Assembly (NCBI GenBank): GCA_963716255.1
Contig: OY970303.1
Coordinates: 5,088,001-5,152,000, forward strand
Length of the DNA: 64,000 nucleotides
From: an uncultured Gemmatimonadales bacterium
GTDB lineage: Bacteria > Gemmatimonadota > Gemmatimonadetes > Longimicrobiales > Longimicrobiaceae
Reading direction: 5' to 3'
Shown: one piece after another, positions 28,711-39,902 of the stretch
Layout of the letters: each line of letters opens with the position of its first letter
Position numbering within the stretch: position 1 is the first letter of the stretch
Notes under the pieces: generated by a model
Told to the model about the DNA's origin: nothing
Database searches by the model: none
Seen by the model: the letters and a program-made list of their open reading frames with translations, nothing else
Translations under genes and position numbers: made by a program

Positions 28711-29051
28711 GTGTGAGAAGTCGAAGGCGCCGCTACAAAGTCACACCCGACGCTACAGAAGTCATAGTCCCCGCTACTGTCCCGTGTAGCAGGCCGCCTG
28801 ACCCGGCGTGTCGAAGCCCGAGAAGAACGCACATTGGGATGGATCCGAACTCCGCTACGAGAATCGTTCTTCCAAGCGGATTCCGTGCGCGGGTCTTGCA
28901 TGGGGAACCGCGCCCGTGCCGCCTCAAAGTCATCTGCGTGAACTTTACGGCAAGGTGAGGACCGTCAACGAGTCGCCGCGGAACGGCGACCCTGCGCCGT
29001 TCCGTCCTCTTCATAGGGAGCGCGAGTGTCTTTTCGGACACCGCGACGAGC

Positions 29052-30929
29052 GTGACGACCAAGCAAAGGATCGACCCCCTCGGTGTGATCACGGATGTGA
29101 TCCGCGTCCTGGCTGGTTCGCTGGACTACGAGACCACTCTCGCCGCCGTGTCCCGGCTCGCCCTGCCGGAGCTCGGGAGCTGGTGCGTGCTCGATGTCTG
29201 CGAAGAGAACGGGAACATGCGCCGTGTCGCGGTCGTCCACCCGGACCCGTCTCTGCAGGAGATCGCGCGCGGTCTCGAGAGCGGGTGGCCCCCGGAAAGG
29301 GACGCCCCGCTCGGTGCGCCGGCCGTGATGCGCACCCGGAAGTTGGTGGTGATCCATCGGGTCGATGACGCGCTCCTGGTCGGGGTTGCGCCGACACCGG
29401 CGGTGCTCGGCGCCCTCCGTGGGCTCGGGATCGGATCCCTGATCACCGTCCCGCTGATCGCGCGCGACGAAGTGCTGGGTGCGATCACCTTCGTGAGTGC
29501 GACGGCGGGACGCGAGTACGATCCGGCCGACGTCGCGCTCGCCGAGCACATCGCCGCGCTTGCCGCGCTCGCGATGGACAACGCCCGTCTGCACCACGCC
29601 GCACTCGGTCTCGCCGCGGCCGAGGCGGCGAACCGGGCCAAGTCCGATTTCCTGGCCACGATGAGCCACGAGATCCGGACGCCGATCAACGCAATCCTCG
29701 GGTACGCCCAACTCCTCGAGATGGGGCTCGCGGGACCCATCACCCCGGCCCAGCGCGACTTCCTCGTCCGCGTCCGCCTGAGCGGCAGTCACCTCGCCGG
29801 GCTTGTCACGGAGGTGCTCGAGCTGGCCAAGATAGAGGCAGGGCAGCTCCCCGTGGCCCGCGCGCCCGCGATGACCTCGTCGGCCGTCGTGACCGCCCTC
29901 TCGCTGATCTTCCCCGCAGCCCAGGCCAAAGGCGTCGGCGTGTTCGAGGCCGAAGCGGACCCGCCGGCCGGATCGTCGGGTGTCGCCTACGTGGGCGACG
30001 AGCAGCGCGTGGGGCAGGTGCTGGTCAACCTCCTCGCGAATGCCGTCCGGTTCACCGCTCCCGGGGGCTCCGTGACCGTGTCGTGCGGGTCCACCGAGCA
30101 GGCTCCTTCCACGGCGACGCTGGCCGGCGGTGGGCCGTGGGCGTTCATCCGCGTCGCCGACACCGGCCGCGGCATCCCGCACGCCCAGCAGGCCGCGGTG
30201 TTCGAGCCGTTCGTGCAGGAGGCTGGAGGGCTCACGCGGACGGAGGGAGGGACGGGGCTCGGTCTGACCATCAGCCGCCGCCTCGCCCGCCTGATGGGCG
30301 GGGACCTGACGCTCGAAAGCGTGCCGGGCGAGGGCGCAACCTTCACGCTCTGGCTGCCGTCCGCCACAGAAACCCCGGACGGTGTGGACGGTGACTGGGT
30401 GGAGAGCGCGGAGGCACGGATCGCACGCTCGCTCGCGGCGCGCCCCGGCTACCGCGCATATGGCCTGGCGGAGATCGGAACGCACGTGCGCCGCCACGTC
30501 GAAGACGTGCTGGAGTCGGTCGCCACGCGGCTCCGCGCCGACCCGGCGTTCACGCAGGTGGCCGCGCTCCGCCGCTCGGAACTGGAGGACCACCAGCTCG
30601 CCTTCCTCACCGACGTCGTCCAATCGCTGGTCGTCATTGAAGAAACCGGGGGGGTCGATTCGGATCTCTACCGGGCCGGAAGCGAGATCCAGCGCGTCGT
30701 GTCGGGTCTCCACGGGCGCATGCGATACAAGCAGGGGTGGACCGCGGCGCAGCTGGATCAGGAGTCCGCGATCGTGGCCGAAGAGATCGAAGCGCTGATT
30801 CGCCGGCACGTCCCGGACGGCACGGGCGATGTCACGGTGGCGCTCGGGGTGGTCCGGCACCTGATCGAGCAGGCCCGGGTGGCGAGCGTCCAGGCATACC
30901 ACCATGCGGCGCAGGTAAGCGGGGCATAG
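29052..30929 (+). CDS. Cytoplasmic GAF-domain histidine kinase with C-terminal helical (RsbRD_N-like) domain
   Basis: [47 protein letters not shown]. Confidence 0.9.
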   Translation: MTTKQRIDPLGVITDVIRVLAGSLDYETTLAAVSRLALPELGSWCVLDVCEENGNMRRVAVVHPDPSLQEIARGLESGWPPERDAPLGAPAVMRTRKLVVIHRVDDALLVGVAPTPAVLGALRGLGIGSLITVPLIARDEVLGAITFVSATAGREYDPADVALAEHIAALAALAMDNARLHHAALGLAAAEAANRAKSDFLATMSHEIRTPINAILGYAQLLEMGLAGPITPAQRDFLVRVRLSGSHLAGLVTEVLELAKIEAGQLPVARAPAMTSSAVVTALSLIFPAAQAKGVGVFEAEADPPAGSSGVAYVGDEQRVGQVLVNLLANAVRFTAPGGSVTVSCGSTEQAPSTATLAGGGPWAFIRVADTGRGIPHAQQAAVFEPFVQEAGGLTRTEGGTGLGLTISRRLARLMGGDLTLESVPGEGATFTLWLPSATETPDGVDGDWVESAEARIARSLAARPGYRAYGLAEIGTHVRRHVEDVLESVATRLRADPAFTQVAALRRSELEDHQLAFLTDVVQSLVVIEETGGVDSDLYRAGSEIQRVVSGLHGRMRYKQGWTAAQLDQESAIVAEEIEALIRRHVPDGTGDVTVALGVVRHLIEQARVASVQAYHHAAQVSGA

Positions 30930-30939
30930 CAGCGGGCGT

Positions 30940-31804
30940 GTCCATTTCCGCCAATTGGACTCCGAGTCTCATTCGCGCGGGTCCGAAACGCTCCCTTTCC
31001 GAGACCGACGGCGCGGCGCATCGACGCCCTGTCCCTCCGACGAGGTACGTCTTCGCCGGAGGACGGCCGCGCGGACGAGCTGGACACCATCGAGCGGACC
31101 ATCACCGAGGCCGAGCGGCGCGGCGAGACGCGCGAGCAGGCGGCGGAAGCCCTGGTACGCGAGTACGCCGGCCTGCTGGCAGACACCGCGGGTGCCGTGG
31201 GCCACAAGCTGGACGAGGTCCGGCTCCCGCTGCACATCCTTCTCACCAGCCCGTTCGGGGCGCTGAACGAGAAACCAGGAGGAGATGATCTCGGCCGCGC
31301 AGGCCGCGGCGGACGCCCGCCGACGAGGAGCTCCGCTTCGTCGTCCGCATCGTGGAGCTGGACGCGGGGCGGGTGGAATCGCACCCGCAAGCGATTCGCC
31401 TGCGCGACCTGCTGGCCCCGGTGCTCGCTGCGGCCGCGTCGCGCATCCGCCAGGCAGGCGGCACTCTGGAGTCGGATCTGCCTCCGATGCTCCCGCACGT
31501 GCAAGTCGATCCGCATCACTCGCGCGAGGCCCTGTTTCTGATCCTGGACAGGCTCGCCGGCCGCTCCGGGCCAGGATCGGGAGTGCGCCTGTCAGCCGAG
31601 GCCGGCGAGGGATTCGTGCGCCTGCGCTTCGAGGATGGGTCCCTCCGGGTGGAGGAGCGGTTGCCGCTCGCGCAGCGGCTGCTCCGCCTGCAGGATGCTG
31701 GGATCACCACGCTGGCGGACGGAGCCCTCGAGATCCGTTTCCCCACCACCGGGCGGGGGCCTGGCGTGTCGAAGCGATCGGCCGTCACGGATCTGCCGGA
31801 ATAG
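30940..31804 (+). pseudogene. Frameshifted, degenerate histidine-kinase-like gene
   Basis: Across frames: LDEVRLPLHILLTSPFGALNEN / QEEMISAA / VELDAGRVESHPQAIRLRDLL...DLPPMLPHVQVD. Confidence 0.55.
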
Positions 31805-31817
31805 CCTGGCACGCTAG

Positions 31818-31919
31818 TGTAGTGCCGCTCAAGTTCCGTGCTGATTCAGATGCCGGAACCGCGAGCCTGCTTGCGAATCACGACTAAACGAAGCGACACA
31901 AAACTTCGGAGTCACTACA
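31818..31919. mobile_element. 102-bp MITE-like element flanked by CTAG
   Basis: Imperfect 23-bp TIRs TGTAGTGccgctcAAGTTccGTG vs (rc) TGTAGTGactccgAAGTTttGTG; CTAG at 31814-17 and 31920-23. Confidence 0.65.
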
Positions 31920-32101
31920 CTAGAGGCGGAGAAGGTGGCGCGGGTGCAGCTCACCATCTTTCGACGAGAAAGGTGATCAGCCGCCGACCCCGGACGACCT
32001 GGAAGACGGCTTCGAAATCGACGAGGAGGGGACCTGATGGCGGGTGCCGCTCTCGCGGAGCCGTGCGCCGTACCTCCCGACTGACCAGGTCTCTCAATGC
32101 C

Positions 32102-32217
32102 GGTCAGGGTGTACCCCATCCTGACGTCAGGCCCGCTTCATCACCGTTGTCAGAATAGCACCTCCTCCGTAGTTTCCTGACACCCTCCCGCCAGGCTCAT
32201 AGAGTTCACCCTGACAC
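32102..32217 (+). promoter_or_regulatory. Tn21-type res site (three subsites)
   Basis: GTCAG...CTGAC-bounded subsites: gtcagggtgtaccccatcctgac; tgtcagaatag...ttcctgaca; tcatagagttcaccctgaca, directly upstream of tnpR. Confidence 0.8.
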
Positions 32218-32226
32218 TTGGGGCGC

Positions 32227-32784
32227 ATGCACGGCCAGCGGATCGGCTATGTCCGGGTCAGCAGCCTCGATCAGAACCCGGAGCGCCAGCTCGAGCAGGT
32301 GCCGACGGATCGCGTCTTCACCGACCATGCCTCCGGGAAGGATATCGAGCGGCCGCAGCTGGAGGCGCTGCTCTCCTTCGTGCGCGAGGGCGACACGGTG
32401 GTGGTCCACAGCATGGATCGCCTGGCGCGCAACCTGGACGACCTCCGGCGCCTCGTCCAGGGCCTGACCCGCCGCGGCGTGCGCATCGAGTTCATCAAGG
32501 AGAAGCTCACCTTCACTGGAGAGGACTCTCCGATGGCTACTCTGCTGCTCTCGGTGATGGGCGCCTTCGCGGAGTTCGAGCGCGCATTGATCCGCGAACG
32601 CCAGCGGGAAGGGATCGCGTTGGCGAAGCGACGAGGCGTGTACCGAGGCCGGAAGAAGTCACTCTCTCCGGATCAGGTGCTCCGGTTGCGAGAGCGTGTG
32701 GCGGCCGGGGAGCCGAAGGCGCAGCTCGCCCGGGAGCTCGGCATCAGCCGTGAAACCCTCTACCAGTATCTCCGGACCGGCTGA
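32227..32784 (+). CDS. tnpR: Tn3-family serine resolvase
   Basis: [34 protein letters not shown]-terminal [13 protein letters not shown]. Confidence 0.97.
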   Translation: MHGQRIGYVRVSSLDQNPERQLEQVPTDRVFTDHASGKDIERPQLEALLSFVREGDTVVVHSMDRLARNLDDLRRLVQGLTRRGVRIEFIKEKLTFTGEDSPMATLLLSVMGAFAEFERALIRERQREGIALAKRRGVYRGRKKSLSPDQVLRLRERVAAGEPKAQLARELGISRETLYQYLRTG

Positions 32785-32785
32785 C

Positions 32786-35752
32786 GTGCCGCGCCGCAGC
32801 ATCCTCACCTCGGTCGAGCGTGCCTTGCTCCTCGCGGTCCCTCCCGCCGCAGACGACCGGATCCGTCACTACAGCCTGAGCGAGCCCGATCTCTCGGTCA
32901 TCCGCCAGCGACGCGGCGCGCACAACCGCCTCGGGTTCGCGGTTCAGCTCTGCTCGCTCCGCTATCCGGGCTGCGCGATCCCGGCCGGAGAGCCCCCGCC
33001 CGAGATCCTGCTCTCTCTGGTGGCACGTCAGCTCCGGCTGGACCCGGCACTCTGGACCAGGTACGCGGAGCGCGAGGAGACTCGCCGCGAGCATATGCTG
33101 GAGCTTCAGGCCTGGCTCCGCCTCACGTCGTTCGGCCTGGAGCATCATCGTGCCGTGGTCCACGCTCTGACGGAGCTTGCCGAGCAGACAGACCGGGGAA
33201 TCCTCCTGGCGACTGCGATGCTGGAGATGCTCCGGCACCAGCGCGTCATCGTTCCCGCGATCGACGTGGTCGAGCGGGTCTGTGCCGAAGCGCTCACGCG
33301 CGGCACCCGGCGTGTGTACGCGGCACTGACCGCGCCTCTGTCGGGAGACGGCCGGAGCAGGCTCGGCGCGCTGCTGGATCCGCGGGAGGGCGCCCGGATC
33401 ACCTCGCTGGTCTGGCTGCGGCAGCCCCCGGGAGCAGCCTCGGCCCGGAACGTCCTGGCCCACCTGGAACGGCTGCAGGCGGTGCGCGATCTGGCGCTCC
33501 CCGAGGGCCTGGCCGGCATGGTTCATCAGAACCGCTGGATGAAGCTCGCCCGCGAGGGCGCCCAGATGACGGGTCAGCACCTGCGGAACCTGGAGCTCAA
33601 GCGGCGGCACGCGACCCTGGTCGCGGTCGTGCTGGACACACGCGCCACGCTGATCGACGAGACGATCGAATTGCACGAGCGCATGCTGGGAGGGTTGTTC
33701 TCCCGCGCCAAACGGCGCCATGCCGAACAATTCCAGCAGGCGGGCCGCTCGATCAACGACAAGGTGCGCCTGTACTCGCGGATCGGCCGTGCACTGGTCG
33801 AGGCGCGCCGGCAGGGCGGCGACCCGTTCGCGGCCATCGAAGCGATCCTTCCCTGGGAGCGCTTTACGGAAAGCATCGCCGAGGCGGAGCGGCTCGCCCA
33901 GCCCGAGGACTTCGACTACCTGCCGCTGATCGGCGACGGCTACACGCAGATGCGCAGGTACACGCCTGCACTGCTGACCGCGCTCGACTTCCGGGCCGCG
34001 CCTGCGGCCAGGGACGTCCTGGCAGGCGTGGAGGTGCTCCGGGCAATGAACGAGCGGCAGGCGCGCAAGGTGCCCAAGGACGCGCCGGTCAGCTTCGTCC
34101 GCAAGCGGTGGGCGGAGGTCGTCTTCACAGAGGATGGGCTCGATCGCCGATTCTATGAGCTGTGTGTGCTCTCCGAGCTGAAGAACGCGCTGCGCTCCGG
34201 CGACATCTGGATCCCGGGCTCCCGCCAGTTCAAGGACTTCGAGGGATACCTGCTTCCTCCGGAGCAATTCGCCCTGCAGCGGGACCAGCAGGCGCTCCAC
34301 CTCGCCGTCGACACCGACTGCGAACGCTACCTGGAGAGCCGGCTCGCCGTGCTGGAGAGCGCGATGGTGCGGGTGGAGCAGCTTGCCGCGCGGGACGAGC
34401 TGCCCGATGCGATGATCCGGGATGAACGCCTTCGCCTCACGCCGCTCACCAACAGCGTGCCGGAGGAGGCCGACGAGCTCATGCGGAAGGCGTACTCTCT
34501 GGTACCGCACCTCAAGATCACGGACCTGCTGCTGGAGGTGGACAACTGGACCGGCTTCACCCGGCACGTCACCCATCTGAAGAGCAGTGAGACCGCGGGC
34601 GACCGGAAGCTGCTGCTCACCGCGATCCTCGCCGACGCGGTGAACCTTGGACTGTCCAAGATGGCCGAGTCCTGCCCCGGCGTCACCTACGCGAAGCTCT
34701 CCTGGCTGCAGGCATGGCATGTGAGGGACGAGACGTACCGGAGCGCGCTGGCCGAGCTGGTCAACGCGCAGGCGCGGCACCCCTTCGCCTCCTGGTGGGG
34801 GGATGGGACGGCCTCCTCCTCGGACGGGCAGCGCTTCCGGGCGGGCGGCAGAGGAGAGGCTGCGGGCCAGGTCAACGCCCGCTACGGGAATGATGCGGGC
34901 GTGCTCTTCTACACACACATCTCCGACCAGTACGCCCCGTTCCACACGCAGGTCATCAATGCCACCGTCCGCGATGCGACGTATGTGCTGGACGGGCTCC
35001 TCTACCACGAGGCGGACCTCAAGATCGAGGAGCACTACACGGACACGGCCGGCTTCACCGACCACGTGTTCGCCCTGATGCACCTCTTGGGCTTCCGCTT
35101 CGCGCCCCGGATCCGAGACCTGGCGGATCGGCGTCTCTACATCGACGGTTCGGCGAAGCGCTATCCCACCCTCGCCAGTCTGATCGGCGGGACCCTCAAC
35201 GTCAAGCACATCCGGGCGCACTGGGACGAGGTGTTGCGTCTGGCGACTTCGATTCGGCAAGGGACGGTCACCGCGTCCCTCATGCTGCGCAAGCTGGGTA
35301 GTTATCCGCGACAGAACGGGCTCGCCCTGGCACTCCGCGAGCTCGGCCGGATCGAGAGGACGCTGTTTACGCTCGACTGGCTGCAGAACGTGGAGCTACG
35401 CCGCCGTGTTCACGTGGGGCTGAACAAGGGCGAGGCGAAGAACGCTCTGGCCCGCGCGGTGTTCTTCAACCGGCTCGGTGAGCTGCGGGACCGCAGCTTC
35501 GAGAACCAGCGGCACCGCGCCTCCGGCCTGAACCTGGTGGTCGCCGCCATCGTGCTCTGGAATACCGTATACCTTGAGCGCGCGGTGCAGGCACTCACCG
35601 GGCATGGACATTCGGTGGATGAGGACCTACTTCAGCATCTCTCGCCCCTCGGTTGGGATCACATCAATTTGACGGGAGAGTACACCTGGAAGCAGAACCG
35701 ATCTGTCGAGAGAGGGCAATTCCGGCCGCTCCGGCCCTTCGCTCAACCTTAG
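32786..35752 (+). CDS. tnpA: Tn3-family transposase (Tn21/Tn501 subgroup), 988 aa, intact
   Basis: MPRRSILT..., [31 protein letters not shown]. Confidence 0.98.
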   Translation: MPRRSILTSVERALLLAVPPAADDRIRHYSLSEPDLSVIRQRRGAHNRLGFAVQLCSLRYPGCAIPAGEPPPEILLSLVARQLRLDPALWTRYAEREETRREHMLELQAWLRLTSFGLEHHRAVVHALTELAEQTDRGILLATAMLEMLRHQRVIVPAIDVVERVCAEALTRGTRRVYAALTAPLSGDGRSRLGALLDPREGARITSLVWLRQPPGAASARNVLAHLERLQAVRDLALPEGLAGMVHQNRWMKLAREGAQMTGQHLRNLELKRRHATLVAVVLDTRATLIDETIELHERMLGGLFSRAKRRHAEQFQQAGRSINDKVRLYSRIGRALVEARRQGGDPFAAIEAILPWERFTESIAEAERLAQPEDFDYLPLIGDGYTQMRRYTPALLTALDFRAAPAARDVLAGVEVLRAMNERQARKVPKDAPVSFVRKRWAEVVFTEDGLDRRFYELCVLSELKNALRSGDIWIPGSRQFKDFEGYLLPPEQFALQRDQQALHLAVDTDCERYLESRLAVLESAMVRVEQLAARDELPDAMIRDERLRLTPLTNSVPEEADELMRKAYSLVPHLKITDLLLEVDNWTGFTRHVTHLKSSETAGDRKLLLTAILADAVNLGLSKMAESCPGVTYAKLSWLQAWHVRDETYRSALAELVNAQARHPFASWWGDGTASSSDGQRFRAGGRGEAAGQVNARYGNDAGVLFYTHISDQYAPFHTQVINATVRDATYVLDGLLYHEADLKIEEHYTDTAGFTDHVFALMHLLGFRFAPRIRDLADRRLYIDGSAKRYPTLASLIGGTLNVKHIRAHWDEVLRLATSIRQGTVTASLMLRKLGSYPRQNGLALALRELGRIERTLFTLDWLQNVELRRRVHVGLNKGEAKNALARAVFFNRLGELRDRSFENQRHRASGLNLVVAAIVLWNTVYLERAVQALTGHGHSVDEDLLQHLSPLGWDHINLTGEYTWKQNRSVERGQFRPLRPFAQP

Positions 35753-35785
35753 CGTACGATTTCTTCCGTTTCGTGAGCGGACCCC
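35748..35785 (-). mobile_element. 38-bp Tn3-family terminal inverted repeat (tnpA end)
   Basis: Reverse complement GGGGTCCGCTCACGAAACGGAAGAAATCGTACGCTAAG overlaps the tnpA stop; outside flank TAGAT. Confidence 0.95.
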
Positions 35786-36264
35786 TAGATGAGCATCGAG
35801 ACATCTGCGGTCTCGGGATCAATCGGCATTGGGTGCTCGATTCCCATAAATAGCTCATGCACCTCCTCGCGGGTCACCGTGGACCCAAGTTCGTGAGCTA
35901 ACCGATTGCGGATGCGGCTTAGCTTCCGAAGAGAGCCAACGACGAAGTCTGGCAGGAGTTCCCAATCCTCAGCTAGAACGCAGCGTGACGCAATTTCCAG
36001 CTTTTTGGAGTAGCTAAGCCCAGCTTTCAGAACTGCCTCCCCATTCGGCTCCAGCGCATACGCAAGCAGTCTATCGAGCACGACCTCCGACAAAAGATGA
36101 CACTTCAGAATCCAGCTCACCGGGTCGCCAATCCGAAGTGAAGGGCGCACTCCAGGCGGAGAGCTCTCGAGTTGCTCATTGGACCTCATGCTTTCGAGCA
36201 GCAGAGGTAGTGTCTGATATCGTAGCTCCGTCAGTCGTAGGAGCTTCTCTTTCAGTTCGCTCAT
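35785..36264 (-). CDS. HEPN/MtlR-like protein, lower GC, possibly truncated by the transposon
   Basis: Helical protein with HLLSE...LSYSKKL...IRNRLAHE (Rx4H); the last base of the TAG stop is the terminal IR base. Confidence 0.6.
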   Translation of the reverse strand: MSELKEKLLRLTELRYQTLPLLLESMRSNEQLESSPPGVRPSLRIGDPVSWILKCHLLSEVVLDRLLAYALEPNGEAVLKAGLSYSKKLEIASRCVLAEDWELLPDFVVGSLRKLSRIRNRLAHELGSTVTREEVHELFMGIEHPMPIDPETADVSMLI

Positions 36265-36589
36265 GAGAAACAGCCGAACTATGTGTTAAGTAGCCAGATT
36301 ACCATTATGCGAAGCATTTTCGCATCCGAACCTCGAGATTACGAATCCTGCCGCAATGTGTGTCCCGCTACCCCAGCACACAAGCCATGCGGGTGGCGGG
36401 ACCCCCGCCACCTCCCACCGTTTTTGCGTCGATCGCCACGCCTGTTCTACCGCTGTTCTCCCCGCGGAATACAGCTATTACCCCTGGTGTCACGACTGCG
36501 CGTACTACCCCTCCAGGGACGACACGCCCCGGGCCGGCGACTTCGCCGGCAATCGGGTAGGAGGCCCTTGACCTGGTGGAGGCTGGGGA

Positions 36590-37009
36590 TCAGGCGGATG
36601 CTTTGCGCCTCTCCCCGGCGAGGGCGACGCCGGCATCGGCGGTGTCGCTGGCGAGCCAGGCCGTCGCGAGCTCCAGCGTGTCGAACAGGTGGAAGGTCTC
36701 CCCCGCGAACCTGGCGACCCCCTGGGCGAGGACCCACTGGACCCCCGTGAGGCCGACCACGGCCTGTTTGCGTACGTATCCCCTGGTGGCGGCGGCGCTG
36801 TGCCGGAACAGCCACACCACCTCGATGGAGGTGACCGTGCCGGTCAGGTCGGCAACGGCGAGCACCGAGTCCAGGGGCTGGCTGCACATCTCGCGGTCCA
36901 CCGCTTCCACCTCGGCCCGCAGGGCGGCCACGTCGCGTCCGAAGCCGCTGAAGTCGCAGTAGAGGATCCGGGGTCCGTCCGGCAGCTGGATCCATCTCGA
37001 TTTGTTCAT
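36590..37009 (-). CDS. STAS/SEC14 (SpoIIAA-like) domain protein
   Basis: ILYCDFSG...VADLTG...KQAVVGLTG...FDTLELATAWL. Confidence 0.7.
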   Translation of the reverse strand: MNKSRWIQLPDGPRILYCDFSGFGRDVAALRAEVEAVDREMCSQPLDSVLAVADLTGTVTSIEVVWLFRHSAAATRGYVRKQAVVGLTGVQWVLAQGVARFAGETFHLFDTLELATAWLASDTADAGVALAGERRKASA

Positions 37010-37201
37010 CGGTGCGTTTGCTCAGAAGGGGGTGGCGCCGCTGTCGATTCGTACCTGCACGGCCTGCGGGGGTGGGGCGGGGTACGGCGAGGCGGCCCGG
37101 ACGAAGGAAGGTCCGGTTCAGGAGCACAGGGCTGGAAGCCGCCGACGGTGCTGCATCCGGCAGGAATACCCCACGGGCGGAGGAAGCGTTACAGGCAAAG
37201 C

Positions 37202-37238
37202 AAAAAAGCCGGGGGCGGCGCAGCGCGCCGCCCCCGGC
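37202..37238 (-). terminator. Intrinsic terminator
   Basis: 14-bp perfect GC stem with 3-nt loop followed by T6 on the minus strand. Confidence 0.8.
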
Positions 37239-37249
37239 CGTGCCGGGCA

Positions 37250-37450
37250 TCAGGTGCACCGCGGTTCCGAGCGGTCGAGCGGCGGCTCGCGCCCGGCGCC
37301 GGGGGAGTCCTCGCCCGGGGGCTCGCGCATCCCGTCGTCCGAGGCGATGGAGGCGAGGACGTCGTCGTGGCGGTCGGGCTGGGCGTGGCCGGTCAAGAGG
37401 TGTCTCCTGGGATGGAAGCGGATGGGCGGGCCCGGGCCCGCGGGGTCCAT
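37250..37450 (-). CDS. Small hypothetical protein
   Basis: 66-aa ORF co-oriented with its neighbours and ending just before the terminator. Confidence 0.35.
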   Translation of the reverse strand: MDPAGPGPPIRFHPRRHLLTGHAQPDRHDDVLASIASDDGMREPPGEDSPGAGREPPLDRSEPRCT

Positions 37451-37533
37451 GTATGTCCGTCAGCCGCGCGGGAGCGGCGGGATGAGGGGTAGAGCGCGTG
37501 CCGCCCGGCAGGTGGGAGCGGCGCGCCAGCGTG

Positions 37534-38127
37534 TTAGGCGACGGCACGCCTGGCGGGGGACGAACCGTCCGCCAGGTCGGGCAGGGTGGAACAGGGGTGG
37601 GGCGGCAGCGGGAGCGAGGCCGCGCGGCCGGTGTCGACGACGGCGTAGACCAGGACCGTCGCGGTCGGGATCAGCCGCAGTGCAGCAAGGGCCGTGGTAC
37701 CCGTGTCGAACACGTTGTCGAGCAGGACGGGGACGCCGGGGGGGAGGCGTCCCTCCAGCCGCAGGCCGAGGAGGTCCGGGGTGATCGGGCGGCCCTCCAG
37801 CTTGAGGTCGTACAGCGAGGGACGGCTGGGGCCCCGGAGCACGTCGGCGACCGGGTTCCCGGTCATGGCGCAGAGCGCCCTCGCGAGACGCCAGGCGACG
37901 GTCGCACGGCCGGTTCGACCCGGCATCGGAACGAGGACGGCACCCGCGGGCACCAGCGCTGCCAGCTCCCCCGCCATCTGCCGGATCGCCGCGGCGACTC
38001 CTCGCTTCGCCGCGTGGGCCAGCGTCCTCGCGCCGGGCGTCCCGTAGTAGGATGCCGCGAAGGACACCGGGCCGATGAACGACGGGCCTCCCGGGGAAGG
38101 GGAGGGCGCCGCGCTGGTGGGATCCAT
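37534..38127 (-). CDS. ComF-like phosphoribosyltransferase-fold protein
   Basis: VLVPMP and PRPP-loop-like VLLDNVFDTGTTALAA. Confidence 0.7.
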   Translation of the reverse strand: MDPTSAAPSPSPGGPSFIGPVSFAASYYGTPGARTLAHAAKRGVAAAIRQMAGELAALVPAGAVLVPMPGRTGRATVAWRLARALCAMTGNPVADVLRGPSRPSLYDLKLEGRPITPDLLGLRLEGRLPPGVPVLLDNVFDTGTTALAALRLIPTATVLVYAVVDTGRAASLPLPPHPCSTLPDLADGSSPARRAVA

Positions 38128-38139
38128 GCCCTGCTCGGC

Positions 38140-38424
38140 TCAGATGCCGAAGTCCTCGCACTCGGCGGCGAAGCCGTCGAGGTCGCCGCCAAGCATCTCG
38201 GCGAGGTAGAACCGCGCGAGGCTGTCCTCGGAGAGCGGACGGCGGATCACCTTCCCCTCCGCGTCCTTGGGGCACGCGGAGCACTCGACCAGGTTCACCG
38301 AGGTCGGCGGGTCGAAGACGAACCCCTCCGCGTCGGGGCTCCCGGCGGGCGCCCTCTTCACGTCGTCCATGAGGTAGAGGAAATCCCAGGGCTCGCGGCA
38401 GTTGGAGCAGTGGATGTCGGCCAT
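38140..38424 (-). CDS. Small Cys-motif hypothetical protein
   Basis: MADIHCSNCREPWD...ECSACP; GGAG RBS. Confidence 0.7.
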   Translation of the reverse strand: MADIHCSNCREPWDFLYLMDDVKRAPAGSPDAEGFVFDPPTSVNLVECSACPKDAEGKVIRRPLSEDSLARFYLAEMLGGDLDGFAAECEDFGI

Positions 38425-38598
38425 GGCGGGCTCTCCGATCGAGGTGCGGGATCAGCGCTGAAAAGGATGCGCGGCAGGAGGGATGATCCCCCTGCCGCGC
38501 GTGACGTGGCCGGATGGCCACAGGTGGGCCGAAGCCGGAACTCGGCTACCTGGGAACTGCGCCCTCGCCGTGAACCGCGCGCCAGAACGCTTCGAGCG

Positions 38599-39147
38599 TC
38601 AGCCCGGTCGCGTCGGCCACGCGTGCGGCGAGGCCCCGCTGGTCTCGCGCCCAGGCGACGAAGTCGCGCTGGGTACGCCGCTTGGCCGCGCCGACGGCGC
38701 GGCCGTCGCGGCCGAGGAGCCGCTTGAGGGCCATGCGCTGCTCGTACCGCAGCCGGCGCGGGTGTGAAGGGACCCGGCTGACACCGATGTGTAGGCCAGT
38801 ACCTCGTCGTGGGGGCGCAGCGCGCGGAAGCCCAGGCGTTCCCCGAGGCCTCCATGTTTCGCCGCGTGGCGCTCCATGATCGGGAGGTCGCTGAGGTTTC
38901 CGACGACCTCCCCGAGCTCGTAGACGAGGTAGAACGGCGGATCCCGCTCGACGCGCTCGGGACTCCACGTCGCGAGCGCCTCGGCGATGAACGCCTGAAC
39001 GAGCTCGTTCTGGAAGGCGGCAGCCGCAAACACGGTGCGGCTCGGGTGCTCCAGAACCATGGCAGGAGGGGAGGGCGGGGGAGGCGAGGCGGGGAGATCG
39101 AGCGCGAGCTGCGGGCTGAAGCGCGCAGCGCTGGAAGCGATGCTCAT
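38599..39147 (-). CDS. Hypothetical protein
   Basis: Coding-like N-terminal two-thirds; the C-terminal part may be frameshifted. Confidence 0.5.
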   Translation of the reverse strand: MSIASSAARFSPQLALDLPASPPPPSPPAMVLEHPSRTVFAAAAFQNELVQAFIAEALATWSPERVERDPPFYLVYELGEVVGNLSDLPIMERHAAKHGGLGERLGFRALRPHDEVLAYTSVSAGSLHTRAGCGTSSAWPSSGSSAATAAPSARPSGVPSATSSPGRETSGASPHAWPTRPG

Positions 39148-39392
39148 GGTCGCAACGGATCGTAGGAGTCCTGGGCCGCCGCCGGGTGGCGAGGACCGTC
39201 ACGAGCCCCCGCCGCATCGCGGAGTGCGGCAGGTCGATCTGCGCAGCGCGGGAGGGCGCGGCACCGGGGGCGAGTCGCGAACGGGAAGGGGCGGGGGAGA
39301 CGATCCCCGGGGCGGCACGGGGCGGATGCCCGCCGGTGGCGGGTGCCGGCGCCGGACGCCGCCTGCCCGGACGGGCGGCGGCCGGGTACGGG

Positions 39393-39854
39393 CTACGGCG
39401 CGGAGCCGTCGGGGCGCGGGCGCTTCGTGTGGAAGGGCCCACGCGGCTTGCGGGTGACGATGGGGGTGACGGCCTTCTCCCGCCGGTCCCGAAAGAGCAT
39501 CGCGGCGACGAGCGAGTGCTCGGGGCCGGCCTCCCCGTCGCTGATGCTCGCCGAGACGCGGTGCGCCGGGTCGTGGGTGAAAAGCCGCACGGTCCACGCG
39601 CGGGTCCTCCCGTGCTCGCCGGAGCGGCGTTTCTGGTCGATGCGGCTGATGCCGTAGAGGTCGACGTCGGTCAGGCGCTCCTTCGCGGGCACGTGCGTGC
39701 GCATCGCCGCGGCGAGCGCTGCCGCCAGCCGCTGCTCGTCGAGGTCGAAGGCATGCACGGTGTCGATGAAGCGGCCGAAGACGTGCTCAGGGAGCCCGGC
39801 GACGCGGGCCGCGCCGGCGATCGCGTTCCTGCGCTCGGTCGTCAGTCTGATCAT
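39393..39854 (-). CDS. AP2-like DNA-binding domain protein
   Basis: YGISRIDQK...RAWTVRL...SISDG...SLVAAMLFRD. Confidence 0.55.
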   Translation of the reverse strand: MIRLTTERRNAIAGAARVAGLPEHVFGRFIDTVHAFDLDEQRLAAALAAAMRTHVPAKERLTDVDLYGISRIDQKRRSGEHGRTRAWTVRLFTHDPAHRVSASISDGEAGPEHSLVAAMLFRDRREKAVTPIVTRKPRGPFHTKRPRPDGSAP

Positions 39855-39902
39855 GCCCGTAGCTTGGAGGTGCAGGGATGGCGGTGCTGCCGGGTCGGGA
39901 GC

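Noticed and set aside
36356..36571. Cys/Tyr-rich 71-aa plus-strand ORF
   Set aside because: No RBS or signal peptide, overlaps a hairpin and is opposite to the local gene orientation
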